A DNA stretch of 62,629 nucleotides, counting the filler, from Albugo candida (lineage: Eukaryota): assembly GCA_040437565.1 (NCBI GenBank). It is 3 parts of 3 records of this genome, joined end to end, with 100 filler letters (N's around TTAATTAATTAA, not from the genome) between each part and the next. Parts side by side here need not be neighbours in the genome. Positions count along the whole stretch, not along the records: positions 24,351 to 47,187 come from JBDOQK010000101.1; 2 more parts are not named here. One strand, given 5' to 3'. Numbering within the stretch: the first letter of the stretch is position 1; every line of letters begins with the position of its first letter. The notes under the pieces were generated by a model. That model worked only from the letters and a program-made list of their open reading frames with translations. It was not told the DNA's origin and did no database searches. Positions 24,351-38,300 of the stretch are shown here, in pieces. A program made the translations under genes and the position numbers.

Positions 24351-27069
24351 TTTACAAGCTGGACACAGTCTCGTATTAAGGGTGCTGAGGCTGAAGAATC
24401 AAATAAACAAAAGAATCAAGTGTGTTCGAACCGACAACGGGGGAGAGTACATCGACAAGAAGTTCACATACCTTTCTCGCCACGCCGGGATTTACATCAA
24501 ACAACTGTCTCTTACTCGCCTCAACGAAACGGTTTGGCTGAGCGAATGAATTGTACATTGATGGATCGAGCTCGATGTATGATAGCGAGGAAGAGTGTCG
24601 ACAAGCAGTGGTGGGCGGAAGCAATAAATACAGCGGTGTATATCACCAATCGCGTTCCATGCTCAGTTTGGAAATCCAAGACACCTATCGAAGTTTGCTT
24701 GGAAACGCGACCGAATTTGAGCACTTGTGTGTTTTTGGATCCAAGGGTTTTGCACACATCGACAAGGCAAAGAGACAAAAACCGGATGACAAAGGATTCT
24801 CTTGTATGTTTGTCGGATACTCGACGATGACAAAGGGTTATTGAATGATATTTCCAGAACAAACAAATTGGTCATAGTGCGAACAGCTGTATTCGAAGAA
24901 TCGAACAAGATCAAGTACGTCAAGTGGTGGATGGTCACTTGGGGCAGACGTATAGTACGAACATTGACCGCGAACATGATGGGGATGTACAAATTAATAT
25001 CATTGTACCAAGACGTGATGCTGATGTTGGAATGGAGGAAACGCATCAGCCATCATCATCGCAGCTTGACGTGGTCACAACGCATATTATGGATATTGAT
25101 ATTGATATTGATATTGAGAGTGCTTTAACGGACGATTTCTCCAATACGACTATGGTGCCGAGGGAGAGAAGATATGATGATGAAGATCTTGATTGTGGTA
25201 CGCATTCTGGACGAAACAATATGAGAGGGAATCCGCAATTAGCACTCATGGACGGTGGCCCCTCAGACGCAATCGTATCTTATGAGAGCGTTTCAGTTGA
25301 AAATAATGGACGACCGAAGAAGCGATACAGACTCGAAGATGGAGAAGCTAATGCAGCGTTAGAAGTACCAGGTTGCTATCAAGGTGTAAGGAAGTCACCA
25401 GAAGCGGAGCAGTGTTTTGAAGCTACCAAAGCGGAATTGGCAGCTTTGGAGGATAAGTCAACTTATACCGTAGTAAAACGTTCACCAAGTCAGAAAGTGA
25501 TCGGCACCAAGTGGGCATTTTCAATCAACAAGAATGACAAAGGAGAAATCCAACGTTATAAGGCAAGATTTGTCGCACTTGGCTATCGACAAACCCCAAG
25601 CATCAAATACTTTGAGACGTACTCTCCTGTTGCAAGTTTGAATTCAATTCGTGTATTTTTGGCATTATGCTGTCACCGAGGTTATCATGTGCAGCAATAT
25701 GATGTGGACACGGCATTTCTGAATGGAACTCTGGCAGAAGATGTGTTCATCTGGCCACCGGAAAGAGGATCAATTCAACCAAACCATGTTTGCTAGCTGA
25801 ACAGAAGTTTATATGGTCTGAAGCAAGCAGCTGTCACATGTACAAGTTGATCTCAAATATATTTGAGATAAAACTAGGATTTAATCGATTCAAGACGAAT
25901 TCTTGCGCTTTTGTCCGACAAGTGGGACATGACTACATATACATGCGTTGTATGCTGACGATATGCTGATTGGAGCAAGAAGTTTGGAAATGATTAACAA
26001 GATCATGCTGCAATTAAGGAACGAGTTTTCACTCAAAACACTTGGTCAAGTGAGACATATTCTGGGTATGGAAGCTGAGTATCGTCAAAGTAAGCGAGTG
26101 ATGAAGATCTTCCAGGCAGCATGCATTTCGAGAATGATCGACCAGTTCAATCAAGTTGACTCGAAACCAGTATAAAACCCAACGGTTGTGGGTCAGTCAT
26201 TGACAAAAAGTGAGACCGTAGATCGACAGATGAAGAAGCAGCCTTTTCGATCGCTGGGTGGATCATTACTTTACATTGCGAATGGAATAAGACCTGATGT
26301 TACATTTGCTGTATGTCAGCTAAGTCGGCACCTTGAAATCCAACTGAGGAACACTGGAAGGCAGCACTTCGAGTGCTGCGATATCTCAAGGAGACCAAAA
26401 CATATGGGATTTGGTTTCGATGTAGCCAAGATCTACAGGTTTGTGCGTATAGCGACGCAGATTGGGCAGCATCCAAGAAAAATCGCCGATCTATGTCAGG
26501 TATCATGGTTATGATTGATGGATCACCTGTTATTTACAAGTCAAGATTACAGAGAGTTGTCGTTTTCAGTACCGCCGAAGTAGAATACGTCGCACAATCT
26601 CTTTGTATCCAAGAAGTCATATGGGTCAAGAGTCTTCTGGAAGAGTTGGGATTTCAAAAAGAGTCAGCGATTACTGTGTATGAGGACAATCAGAGTGCAA
26701 TTGCTATTGCAAAGAATGGTGGGTATCAAATCCGAGCAAAGCACATCGACATTCGTCATCATTTTGTCCGTGAAAAACTTAAATTCGGAAACATCGAATT
26801 GAAGTACGTTAATTCAAAATGTCAAGTGGCCGATTATTTGACCAAGCCACTAGCGACTAAGCAATTCCAAGAGTTATTGAAGAAATCAAATATTAGAGAC
26901 TGCAAGTCGAGGGAGAGCGTTGATGATGGTGTAGACCACATTGAAAACTAAAGCTTTGCGGGAGATTCTATTATTACATTTACTGTAGTTAGGAAACTAA
27001 ACCTTAATAAACGCACTTTTCACTTTTCCGGAACGTCGCGCCTCTCCTTCCAACCCCTTTGATTCAACA
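24351..27069 (+). mobile_element. Ty1/Copia LTR retrotransposon, 3' half (integrase-RT-RNaseH-LTR), decayed
   Basis: Integrase RTDNGGEY and SPQRNGLAERMN; RT IGTKWAF..YKARFVALGYRQ, QYDVDTAFLNG and YADDMLI; RNaseH AYSDADWA, EDNQSAI and KHIDIRHHFVRE. INT precedes RT. Confidence 0.95.
26918..27069 (+). repeat. Copia 3' LTR (about 152 bp)
   Basis: Follows the PPT GAGGGAGAG. Termini CGTTGA...TCAACA (mutated TGTTGA inverted repeat). Confidence 0.7.
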
Positions 27070-29525
27070 AGAACTACGGTAACAAAATAATCAGCCTTCC
27101 TAATATCAAAATACTTCTCATTTTTCACAAACTACAGGACAAGTGGTAGCACTTATTGATCTACTTTCATCTCTTGTCGGTTGTTGAGGTCTTGATTCGG
27201 ACTCGATATCTCACACCCACTTGGCCAATTGATTCGCTCTTCTGGATAGTAGCTTCGGGGAATGAAAGAAGATTGACATTCGACCAGACGATTCTGACGG
27301 AGGAGAGGGAGAGAGGGCATGTAACTAAGCGCTTTTCAAGTACCCATCTGTATATATAATAAGAAATAGATCCGATTAGTGGGAAATAAAGTACATCAAA
27401 AATATGGAACCATAATCGAATGCGCAGTTGATGCAGCAAATGTTAGCGATGATGGCAAGGCAACAGAAAATTCTCCAGCAAATGCATACGCAGCGCGTGG
27501 AAGTGGAGCTAAAGGCGGATAGTGTGAGGTTACTAACATCCAGTGGTCGTGTTAAAGAATCCGCACAATTGTACTTCGAACAAGTAGACCAGTGTTTTTG
27601 CGCCAAACGATTAGCATGAAATTATGAGCTAAGCAAATGTAGACGACGCTGGGGAATACCTTAAGAGGAGCAGCTGCACAGTGGTTTGCAACCAATAGAA
27701 AAACCATCGCTACTCTTAATGATTTATTCATTGAGCCGGATCGGAGATTTGTGCCAGCGGATTGACAACAACGTTTGTGAGACCAGTTGAATGATCTCCA
27801 ACAGCGTATTATCGATATATGTTAGACTACATTGCATGTCATCGGCATATCATGGTTTAAATACACAGTACGAGTGAGATTGATAGGGTTATATATTTCC
27901 AGCGCGGCTTACAACTTCTCGATCGAACTAGAGAAGAGGTAAAATTTGGGCGCTGTGAAACACCAAATGAGCAATCAACGTGGCTTTAGATTACGATCGT
28001 TCACATCAAAGGGTCCAAAGGATTGACAGAAGGTATCATCAAGCGTCAAGAAGACATGGTTGGCGCAATGGAGACCAGGGAGATGACACTGAATAATGCG
28101 GATATCGTGCGGGTTTTGAGTACAAACGCACTAGATGAGCCGGATCTCATTAAAATTGACCATGTGAGAGACATTAGAAAGCACGAATGTAGGCGAAGAC
28201 TACTGTGCTTCAATTGTAAGAAGCCAGGCTATCTATGGTGTAAATGCGATAATACCTTGAAAGTGAAGAAAGGACATGGAAAGGCACGTCCGGTTAAGCA
28301 CGTGCAAGAAGACAAATGAAGCGACGAACGATATCGAATGACCAAGTGCAACGTCGACAACGTGAAATGTAAGGATGTCAGTGCACTAATCGGAAAGATC
28401 GCACATATCAATGAGAAAACGCTCAAGATTCTCGCAGATGTAGGATCAAGCGTTAATCTGATTTGATCCAAAATCGCAACGAGGACCTTGGGGATGCGTC
28501 ATGTACACTTGCAATTATTCGATGGTAGCAAGCAGAACGAAGTGCTAAGAAGTTACAAGCCGACATTATTAAGGAAGGACGGAACTTCCAAGACCAGATG
28601 TTCACAGAATGGACAAAAACGGGAGAATAGGACGACGTGGTTCTGGGCAAACCATGGCACTAAGAATGCCAGCACATCATAGACTGGACAACAAATGCGA
28701 TTATTTTTCTGGTCCTTCTAAGGCAATGCTGGATTCGAGATTAGCAAGAAATCCCACCATGACGTTAGATTTCTCAGAAAAAACTAAGAATTCTGTCAAT
28801 AAAATGCAGGATGGAGTCTTTGCTGAAGTATAACTGATTAAGATATCTTCTTTGAGTATCAAAGCAGCACCATCATTCATACAACCACTGCTGAGCGAGT
28901 TGCTCGATGTTTTTCCGATAAACTTCCGGACAACCTACCTCGGTTAATTTTGTGTCTCATTGAAGGATGATGCTCAGGCGAATATAAGAATATATACCAC
29001 TTACCAAAGACAGAACAAGACGTTTTAGAAGATTTTGTCCAAGAAAAGTTACGTAAGGGATAGATTTAAGTCTCCAACAAGGATCCAGCTTCTGATACCA
29101 TTCCAACACGATCAGAGTGGCCCAGGCCCGGAAATCCCATGGTAACAATCAGATGGGTTATTGACTATCGGCGCGTGAACAGTTAGACAAGGTTCCTCAG
29201 ATACCCCTCCCCTTGATCGACGAGTTGTTTGCCAAAGCACGATACTTACGGTCATCGATTTAGCTCAAGGATACCATGAAATGCTCGTCACAAACAACTC
29301 ACGGCAGTACATAGCTTTCCAAACGCACACTGGTATCTTGCACCAATTAATTTGAAAGGAATACCAGGTATTTGTTCACGACTCATGCGATCTTTATTCG
29401 ACAAATTCACCTATGTTGTCGTGTTTTTGCACGACATTGGTATCTTTCAAAAGATGAAGCCGCACATGTACTGTATAGTAGCCTACAAAACGTATACGTT
29501 ATTTTCTATCCTTGGCAGAGAATCA
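27070..29525 (+). mobile_element. Ty3/Gypsy element A, 5' part (gag, protease, RT N-terminus), decayed
   Basis: PBS-like TGGTAGC at about 27144; gag LRGAAAQWF and FQRGL; knuckle CFNCKKPGYLWCKC; protease LADVGSSVNLI; RT VIDYRRVN, IDLAQGYHEM and VVFLHDIGIF. Confidence 0.85.
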
Positions 29526-30660
29526 ATTTTTTAATGATCAAAGAGCCACATAATTTTAAAGCCATGCTCAAGGCTGAATCGAAGTCTATTAAAAGTCGTT
29601 GCTGCAGTTTTTAATGCAGGAATTGAAGCGTTCGTCGAAAATGTGCGTGGCGTTGGAGAGGGTTCACCAGCGAGTTGATTCACCCCTGGCAGCAGGACAG
29701 CAGCAATTCGCTTTGGCATTAACTCTCCTAGGCATCAAAGCATCTGGAGGGTTGCCTTGCGTTATTACTCACCAAGTATGGTAGCCATTTCTTCGACGTT
29801 TATTGGCCTGTCGCGATTCTGACGACATCTTTAAGATTGTTCCATAAGGTTTCGATGGGGTTGAGATCAGGACCTTGGCCAGGCCATTCTCGCTTTGCAA
29901 GCGACCGCTTTTCACGCCACGTCTTTGCTGCACTACTCCGGTGGACTGTCGCACCATTCTCCATACCATTCTCCGTAAGATTTAGGTCATTCTTTTCACT
30001 CTCGTCGTCCATCCATTGTCCAAGTGCAGCGTCATAGATCAATTTTCTAAAGTCGGTTCAGAGCGATGTTGGGGTGGCAGGATGACCATCTGTAGAATCT
30101 TCTCACCAGCAAAAGCACCTCAGAGCATCACCGAAGACCATCCACTCTTAAATGCTGGCACCAAGCACTCAAAAACGAACTTTCATCAACACGACGCCAC
30201 ACAACACCTGACGAGAATTCTTGCCAATCTCAAAGGTGGGCTCGACGGTACAAATAACCTTCTTCCAGTCATCTATAGTCTAATTTTTACAATCCCTAGC
30301 AAACTCCAATCTCTCAACCTTCTGCTTATCCGTCAAAAAAGGCTTCTTGGAGGCATTTCATGAACGGCGATATGGACGGTGCGAGGCGATGCCAAATTAC
30401 TCACATTGTTCGCGATTTCTGCTACTGGCGCCCGCCGGTTCTGCATCAAAGTGCGCCAAATAGACCTGCGGTCCCTTTCTGAGAGCTTTGGTGGTGTTCC
30501 TCTTGACTTGAGACTTTCCACCGCACCCCTTTTTACACCAGTTCTATAGCACTATCGAAATGGTTGACTGGGTGAAACCTGTTTGGGCAGTGATTTCCCG
30601 CTGTATCAAGCCTGCCTGGTGCAATCCGATAATGGTAGCTTTCTCCTCAGTGCTTATACA
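29526..30660 (-). mobile_element. Tc1/mariner transposase remnant (5'-truncated)
   Basis: STEEKATIIGLH, PPKLSERDRRSIWR, WPGQGPDLNPIETLW and C-terminal MPKRIAAVL. No paired TIRs recognised. Confidence 0.85.
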
Positions 30661-30799
30661 AAATATCTTAATAATTCACGAATGGTTGATGTCGGAATCA
30701 CAAAGTAATATGGCTGGATAGTTTTCCTTGGCTTATTTTTTGTGGTGTGGGTTTCAGAAAATCAACGTATACTTTCTGTAGCATACGGTAGAGCATCTT

Positions 30800-33700
30800 C
30801 GAACAGTCTGTGGCCATCGCTGGATGAGACGAGAGCAATTCAGCATAGCGATAAGGGGACACATAGCGATCCAATCTCATAATGGTTGCACAGCGAGTGC
30901 TTTGGACGGATGAAGGTGGACGTATATGGGTACCGGAAGATGCCATTCAATTACAAACGCGACTGTGTGTGGTAGCGCATGCTGGACCCGCTGTTCATCA
31001 TAGGATGATACGACCTTCGACACATTGTCGAAATATGTGATATATAAAAAAACGATCAGAGCTGATGTGAAGAGCTCCGTAAACAAATGCTTGCATTGTC
31101 TGGTGGCAAATGGACAAAAATGTCCGCGACTTTATCGAGAAACACTACACGCGACGAAGCCAAATGAAGTTTTACATTTTGATTTCTTGACGATGTCGAA
31201 GTTTTGCAAGGCTACACGTATGTGCTCGTCCTAAAAGATGGTATGAGTGGCTTTTGTGAATTTGTACTAGCAACAGTTGCGAATAGGGAAGTGACTGGTC
31301 AAGCATTGATGGATTGGTTCAAGCCTTATGGTGTCGTCTTCTTGTGAGAAGCTTCGAAAAATGTTGAGTGTCTGGCATCATTTTGTTAAGGCTTATTGTC
31401 CGTGGGCAAACGGGACAGTTGAGGTCATGAATCGGCAGTTATTGAAGATGATGCGGTCATTATTGAGTGAGTAAAACCAGAGGATTATAAATTGACCCAG
31501 TTTATTATTGCTATGTCAATCTACAAAAAATCAGTTACAGTCACGCAGACTTAGAAGAATTGCCCCATTCACGGCTTTTATTGCGTTGCCGCAAAAAGAC
31601 CCAGTCAGCGTAGTGTATTAGCAATCGGTATTACAAGGCCTTACCGCATTTACCGAACATAAACTAAGTGAACTTCAGCGTCAGCGCATGTCAGAATTGC
31701 AGGGTACATTTGATAGTTTGCACAAACAGGTGTCAAAAGCTTCCCGTAGAAAGAATGAAGCCGCACGGCGCAAACACGCACATAAACATGGCGTGTCTCC
31801 CGTGAGCTTCGAAATTGGCGATTTCGTTCTGTCGGAAGTGTTACAAGGCGTGATAACAAACTGATGCTTCAATGGAAAGGCCCTTACCAAGTGGTGGCGA
31901 TGTTAAACGGCTGGACTTCTGACTACAGGAACTGGTGGAACCATTCAGCATCATCACCACACATGTCACACCAGATTGAATTTTTTTCGAGAAAAAGATT
32001 TGGGCGTCACGCAAGACTTGACGTACTACGTCGTATAAGCGAGCGGCGTACATATAATGAGCCGTTTCTTGGACTGCCGTCTCAATTCGGATACCCATCA
32101 CTGAGAGGTGCTCGTGCAATGAATGGATTGGACGACTCGGAGAATAGCTGGGAGCCAGCCAGTGTCCTGTTGGAGGATGTCCCGACATTATTGCGGGAGT
32201 GGGTTTCCACCGAATCTAAAGCGACCGGGATGCTAAGTTTTATCCTCGCTGAACTATAAGTAGAGGAAAATGATGAGTAAGGTATCACCGTTTACGTATC
32301 TACTTAGGAACCGGTTACGTCTATAACGTATCGGGTTCGGAAGTGGGCTGTTATCTTTCTACGTATCGGTTCATTGTATCTTTCTAGAATTTACGTAAGA
32401 AGAGAACTTAAAGAAAAAACACACGTACTTTACATCGGAACAGAAAAGTCAAGCAATCGACGAAGCTGTCGTCTGGATTGCTCTGTGCAAGATTTGTTGA
32501 ACACAAATAATGACGAAGATCGAACAAATTTAACTTTAGCACAAGTGATTGTCGCTGCAGAAGTCTGGCAAAGAAGAACACTCATCAGTTGGAGACATCA
32601 GTGCCAGCTAGGGGATGTATGAGGAGCGAGAACGAATAGCGTCCGACTCTGAGAAACCGAAAACTACCCGAGCGTTCCGACGACCGGATCCAGCTGGACC
32701 GTTTCATGTGTAATTCACAGATAAGAGATTGCAGAGGATGACGGAGAATTACGAGATGACCGACGTATCAGGGGACAGTCGGATGTCGAATGCACCCCAG
32801 GTTCCCAAGCACCCTCTGTACAGAGGGAAGCCAGCAAAGGGAAAGAGGGATTTCGACAAGAGATATCAAGATTATTACAACACACTGCTGGCGTTCGAAA
32901 TATGTTTGAACAAGCCTTTCGTCATGCCGGTAACATCTTGCGTGGATGTGTGGACGAAAGACCAGATGTTGAAGTTTGAAATGGAAAAAAACACGATGGA
33001 AGTGACCAAAAAATACTTGAAAACTATTTTCGGGCAGCAGGAGAGCCGGACAATGGAGATCTGTCAAAGATCGATAAAGAAATGCGTAAAGTACGGATGG
33101 ATGCCACGCTATCGGATGCAGGGTCAAGAATATCGCGGTTGGAAATCAAGATTACAGAATTTTGGATCAACACGGATTGCAGGAATACGTGAAATGTGCA
33201 GATCCGAAACGCATGGTCAAATGGATGGTCGATGCTTTGGTCCCACCGGCCTCCAAGAGAAAAACTTTGAAAAAACAAGAAATGGATATTCACACAGCAA
33301 AGAAGAAGAACGCTGTGCTTTTGCAAGTGGTGCCAGGAGCTGTTGAAAAGTTTCATGGAGTAGGAACCGGATACGGTGAAGGATATTGTTTCACAAAGAT
33401 TTGAATCAAAGGAGCCGAAGGACCTAGGGACGAAACGCGCACGAACTTCTGCGAAAGAAGGAGGGATAAGGACTCCGGCACTTTTCGCCAGATACGAGCT
33501 GAAATAACTTTCGGTAATAGTTCGAGTGCACGATGACGTCTCAAGTGTTTAAAGTGTGGGAGTTTGGAGCATTCCGTTAGAAGCTGTCCTAAGTGTGACC
33601 CTGGAGAAGTGAATTTACTAATGAAACAACGCAAATCACAGACCGAAAAACTGAATGCGGTTTCAAGAGTAAAAATAGCAGCTATTCGAGACTCTGGCGG

Positions 33701-35355
33701 CGAGGTGAAGACCACAGTGGATGGAATTGCGAACGTGGACACATTATTGGATTCGGGATCGGACTATCGCATGGCATCAGTGGGTCTTGTAATAGCACTT
33801 TCAAAAGACAGATTTCTCGCAATCAAATACCTAAAAATTCTAGTGAAAATCGAAACCGTGGGGAAGACACCTTTGTGGGTGAAACGAAAAGTGTTACTGT
33901 AGTTAGCACAAGGGAGTACCGCTGGTGTAGAGAAATCTGGAAACGCTCGAAAATAAGGAAGACGAGTCGATGCCAATTGAAATGGATAGACATTTGATGT
34001 TGCGATTTTGGAAGGAGCGAGAAAAAAGAAGAGCGTATGGTATAAGGAGAGGGAAACAAAGAACCCGCTTCGAGGGTGCAACTCACTGCAAGTTTGCGAA
34101 GATAAAGTGTTCGAAGATGAAGGGCAACTCATCAATGAGAAGGAAGAATACTTACTTACACCAGAAGTGAAGCAAATGGATACACAGAAGGATCGTATTA
34201 GAAACATTTTGGAGAAGAAGGTAGCAGAAGCGAAAATCGCAGGTGACAAAACTGATTCGGTTGATCGTTTGAGGACCTTATTGTTCAAATATCATGATAT
34301 CTTTCGCTTGGAGTTTGCCGCGGATCCTCCATTCAAGGTTAGATTAAAGGAGGGTTCGACCCCTATTATGGAAAAATCTAGGTGGTATCCACCTCTCCAT
34401 AGGGAGTATAAGGATACACACTTATCGAAACTAATGGAATATGATCTGGTGTATCGTAACCCAGACTCGCGATGGGAAAGTGCTCCTCGTATTGTGGGGA
34501 AGAAACAAATCGGAGAATACCGAATGACCGTGGATTACGGGCGATTAATGCAGTAACGGTGCCAATGGCGTAGCCGATGCCGCATCTTCAGGTCGTTATG
34601 GCAAATTTGGAGGGATCAAGTTGCTATTTTTTTGCTGGATTGTTTCTGTAGAATTGGCTGTTACTTTGGATGAAGGCAGCAGAGATTATATTTACTATGG
34701 TGACACCGAGTGGATTATTTACGGCGAAGCGAGTCATAATGGGATCGACGGATGCGGTTGCTTACGCGCAACAATTGGCCGAAGAAATATAGCCAGTGCT
34801 CGGAAAACGGGTACAGGTATGGCTCGACGATGGTCTCGGATATGCAAGTACAGACGCACAAATCCTGGATATATTAGGCGTGGTCTTACATACATGCAAT
34901 ACATACGGTATCAAACCATACCCAGGAAAACGGACATTCATCGCATGTTCCACGATATGGTGGGGGAAGAAAATTTGAAGTGAGGGGACAAGTCACTGTG
35001 AAAGTCACGTAAAAGGCCTGTGTGAACTGCAGACTCCAAAGACAGCGGTGAAGCTGCAGCAATTTATGTGTGTGAAACATTGGATGCGAAACAACATTCC
35101 AAACTATACCACATTGGTGGAAGATCTGCATGAATTTCTAGAAGCAGCAGCAAGGCGGCAGGTGGTCGGGAAAAAAAGAACCTTACATGTGCTGTTACAA
35201 GACCACGGATGGACAGCTAAACAGGATGAATGTCTCACAAATGTGAAGAACGTATTGTGCGCAATGGTGCCTATGCCACATCCAAAGGAGCATAGGATGT
35301 ATGTGTCTATACGGATGCATCGCAACATCACTGGGGAGCTATTGTTACGCACATT
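30800..35355 (+). mobile_element. Ty3/Gypsy element B in permuted order: integrase-chromodomain-LTR-gag-protease-RT-RNaseH start
   Basis: Integrase RIWVPEDA..RLCVVAHAG and PNEVLHFDFL; chromo GLDDSENSWEP; then LTR; gag knuckle CFKCGSLEHSVRSC; protease LLDSGSD; RT YRMTVDY and VWLDDGL; RNaseH start YTDASQHHWG. Confidence 0.88.
32271..32587 (+). repeat. Single LTR of Gypsy B (317 bp)
   Basis: Perfect 8-bp inverted termini TGATGAGT...ACTCATCA. Preceded by the purine tract AAGTAGAGGAAAA and followed after 2 nt by PBS-like TGGAGACATC. Confidence 0.85.
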
Positions 35356-35358
35356 TTT

Positions 35359-38300
35359 AAAAGTCCTCGTTCGGTCTACCTGCAGTTGACTTTCTCGGTC
35401 ACACTGGATCTGGTCAAGAGCTATCGGCTGACAAGAAGAAGACCGTTGCGATTGAGCAAGTAGCTGCGCTACGTTCAAAGAAGGAATTACTTAGCTTTCT
35501 TGGCTTAGCAGGATACTATCGAAGTAGTATATGTGCTTTTGCAGCGCATGCATTCCTCTCAGTCGGCTCACGATAAGGTTAGTTCATGGCAATGGGGTCC
35601 TGACTAGAAGAAAGCGTCTCTCTGAATAAAGTAGGCCCTTCAACAGGCGCCTGTATATGGTGACGCCGATCATCCAGTGCGTTCTATTCAAAAAAAACTG
35701 TGTCAGCATGAAATCCATTAGCCCTCACATGAAAAGAGATTATTGGTTTCGAAGATAGCACTAGAAGACTGGCGGCACTGTCTTCACTGTCGGCCATTTG
35801 ATACATATATAGGGAATTGTTATATTCACTCCCTTTTTTAAGTTAGGTGGTACACATAATTATACTACGTATACTTTTTTATTTGTATTTAGGGAATTGT
35901 TATATTCACTCCCTTTTCACTCCGATTTGTCTTCGACATCAAGATTGGAGGGTTTGCTTTCGCCGAACGACAACGGTATGTAAAGAGATGCTGCCATTCA
36001 AGCAATAATAGAACATTGACATGCATCAAATGTCACACTCTTCTGCTTAGCTGACGCGATCAACAGTACAGGAATGCTTCCTCCCCAAGGCCGAATATGG
36101 TAGCCGTGAAAAATTGCTTTCCGCAGTACAGAAATTGGCTCTTGGACAGGAATACGCAGTGATTATCAAACGTTCAGTTACAGACAGGTGGCGCACACCT
36201 GTCTCAACTATCAGAAAGGAAGCGACAGACAACATCTCGGCGCATTGAATGCCCCTTTCTCCTCTCTGCGAATTATTTGGGGAAAAAAAGGAAATGGAAG
36301 TTAAGGACGATACACACCGAGCACAATCACGGATGTTCTCTTCATCCCTCCTGGTATTCAACCCATAGAAAGCTCACCGAAGAACAGGCAGAACAACTGG
36401 AGAAAATGACGAATGCAGGTGTCAAACCGGCTGCAATTTTGCCAACGCTAAGGATGACGGAAAATAACACCTTCGCAAACCTACGCACTGTTAATCGTCA
36501 CGGACCGGGAACTGGCCTTTATAGCAGCCATCGCACAAGTTTTCCGATCGTCCGCTTATCTGCTCTCGCATTTGGCACATCAATAAATATATCGTTGCAA
36601 ATTGCAAGAAGCAGTATACAGCCCAAAGACTAGTCGACGAGTTTCTGCAAATGTGAAATGTCCTGGTGTCTTCTTGGACGGTGGAAGAATACGGTGAGCA
36701 GCTTGTGAAGCTCTCACAAAGTCTCTCAGAGAAGTCAGAGGTTCTCGAGTACGTGACGAAGACTTGGCTCGTCTACAAGGAGCGATTTGTTAACGCTTGG
36801 ACTTTACGGCATCCACATTTTGGACATAAGTCGATCCCCGCTGGCAGAGGGGGCCGTGCATACCTAAAGAAGTTCCTACAAGTCTTGCCCGGAGACTTAT
36901 TATCGGTGTACAACAAACTGGCAATTACGCTCAATCACCAGCTCAAAGCAGAAGAAAGTCGTAGAAGCGAGGAGAAGATGCATCGTTTACTGGACTTTCC
37001 AGAAATATTTGCATCGGTATCCGGAAAAGTTTCTTTGCTCGCATCGAAAAATGTCTTGTACAACATAGAAAAATCGAGCAAGAACTTCGTCCGTGCACCG
37101 GATACTATTCATCGGCAATGGGGATTCCTTACGCACATGAGATCGCAGCCATCGATAAGAATCGACAGACATTACACGTTTTCAACTTCCACGCGCAATG
37201 GCACCTGGAATGGAATTCGAGAGATGTAAGAGCCTTGAATCTCTTAGAATTCAATCCCTCTGGTTCACAAACTTCTTATGAACAAATCAATCAGGCAGAG
37301 GGGAAGATTTTTGTAGAACAATTGGAATTGATTAGGGCGCGCATCAACATCCTCCTGGCAACCGAATAAGAGAAGGCGATTTCGACAAAGTTTCTGGATG
37401 GCCAGAGCATTGTTGTCCAGTTCAAAGCGCCGTTTTTGAACCCACAACCCCGCGGAAGACCAGTCCGCGCAAAAAATCTTTCAAAGAACAGTACAAAGCG
37501 AGACGCATCCCAATTCGAACTCGAGGAAGGTCACTTAGGGAAACGGAGATGCGGGGAATGTAGAATAATGGACCACAACAGACGTAGTTGGCCTTCGTCG
37601 ATCGTTCCGCTGAGTAGAACCAAGAAACGGTATACCATAATTGAATGCATGTTAATGTGTGTCACGTGACGTGAGCAGTGAAAATAACAAGTCCCTATAT
37701 ATAACTAAAAAGTATACATATTATATACACAAAGTATAATTATGTGTGTCACCTTACTTGAAAACGGAGTGAATTTAACCAAAAAGGGAGTGAATATAAC
37801 AATTCCCTATATATTGACAATTCTGCGTACCGTCGGATGCTGGATCACCCAATGCTCACGCCGAAAATGGTTCGGTTACTGACTTTTTTTTTGCAGTTTG
37901 ATTTTGTTCTCCATCACGTCAAGGGAGTACACAACGTTGTTGTGGATGCATTGTCCCGTCCCCAGTGACGTTCCACGCAGCTTTTCGCAGCCTTCGGCTC
38001 TATCGTGTGGACACATATGTTTTTAGAGCGGTACAGCTGCTCATCATCATTTTTCGGGTCGCATCCACCTACCGACGCGTCGCCAATGCCGCGGTGAACA
38101 TCATTCTCGGTGATGTGGACCTTCTGGGGGGGGGCTCATGAGATCGGAGTCCCTCGAGTACACTGGACGAGCACGGACACGCTGGATCAGGTTCAGAGCA
38201 TCGATTTTACTATCGTGAGTACGCATTTGCACACGTCAATCAAACAATTGTTCCAAGAGACGTATGAGACAGAATCGGATTTCAGCATTGTCCGGAATTG

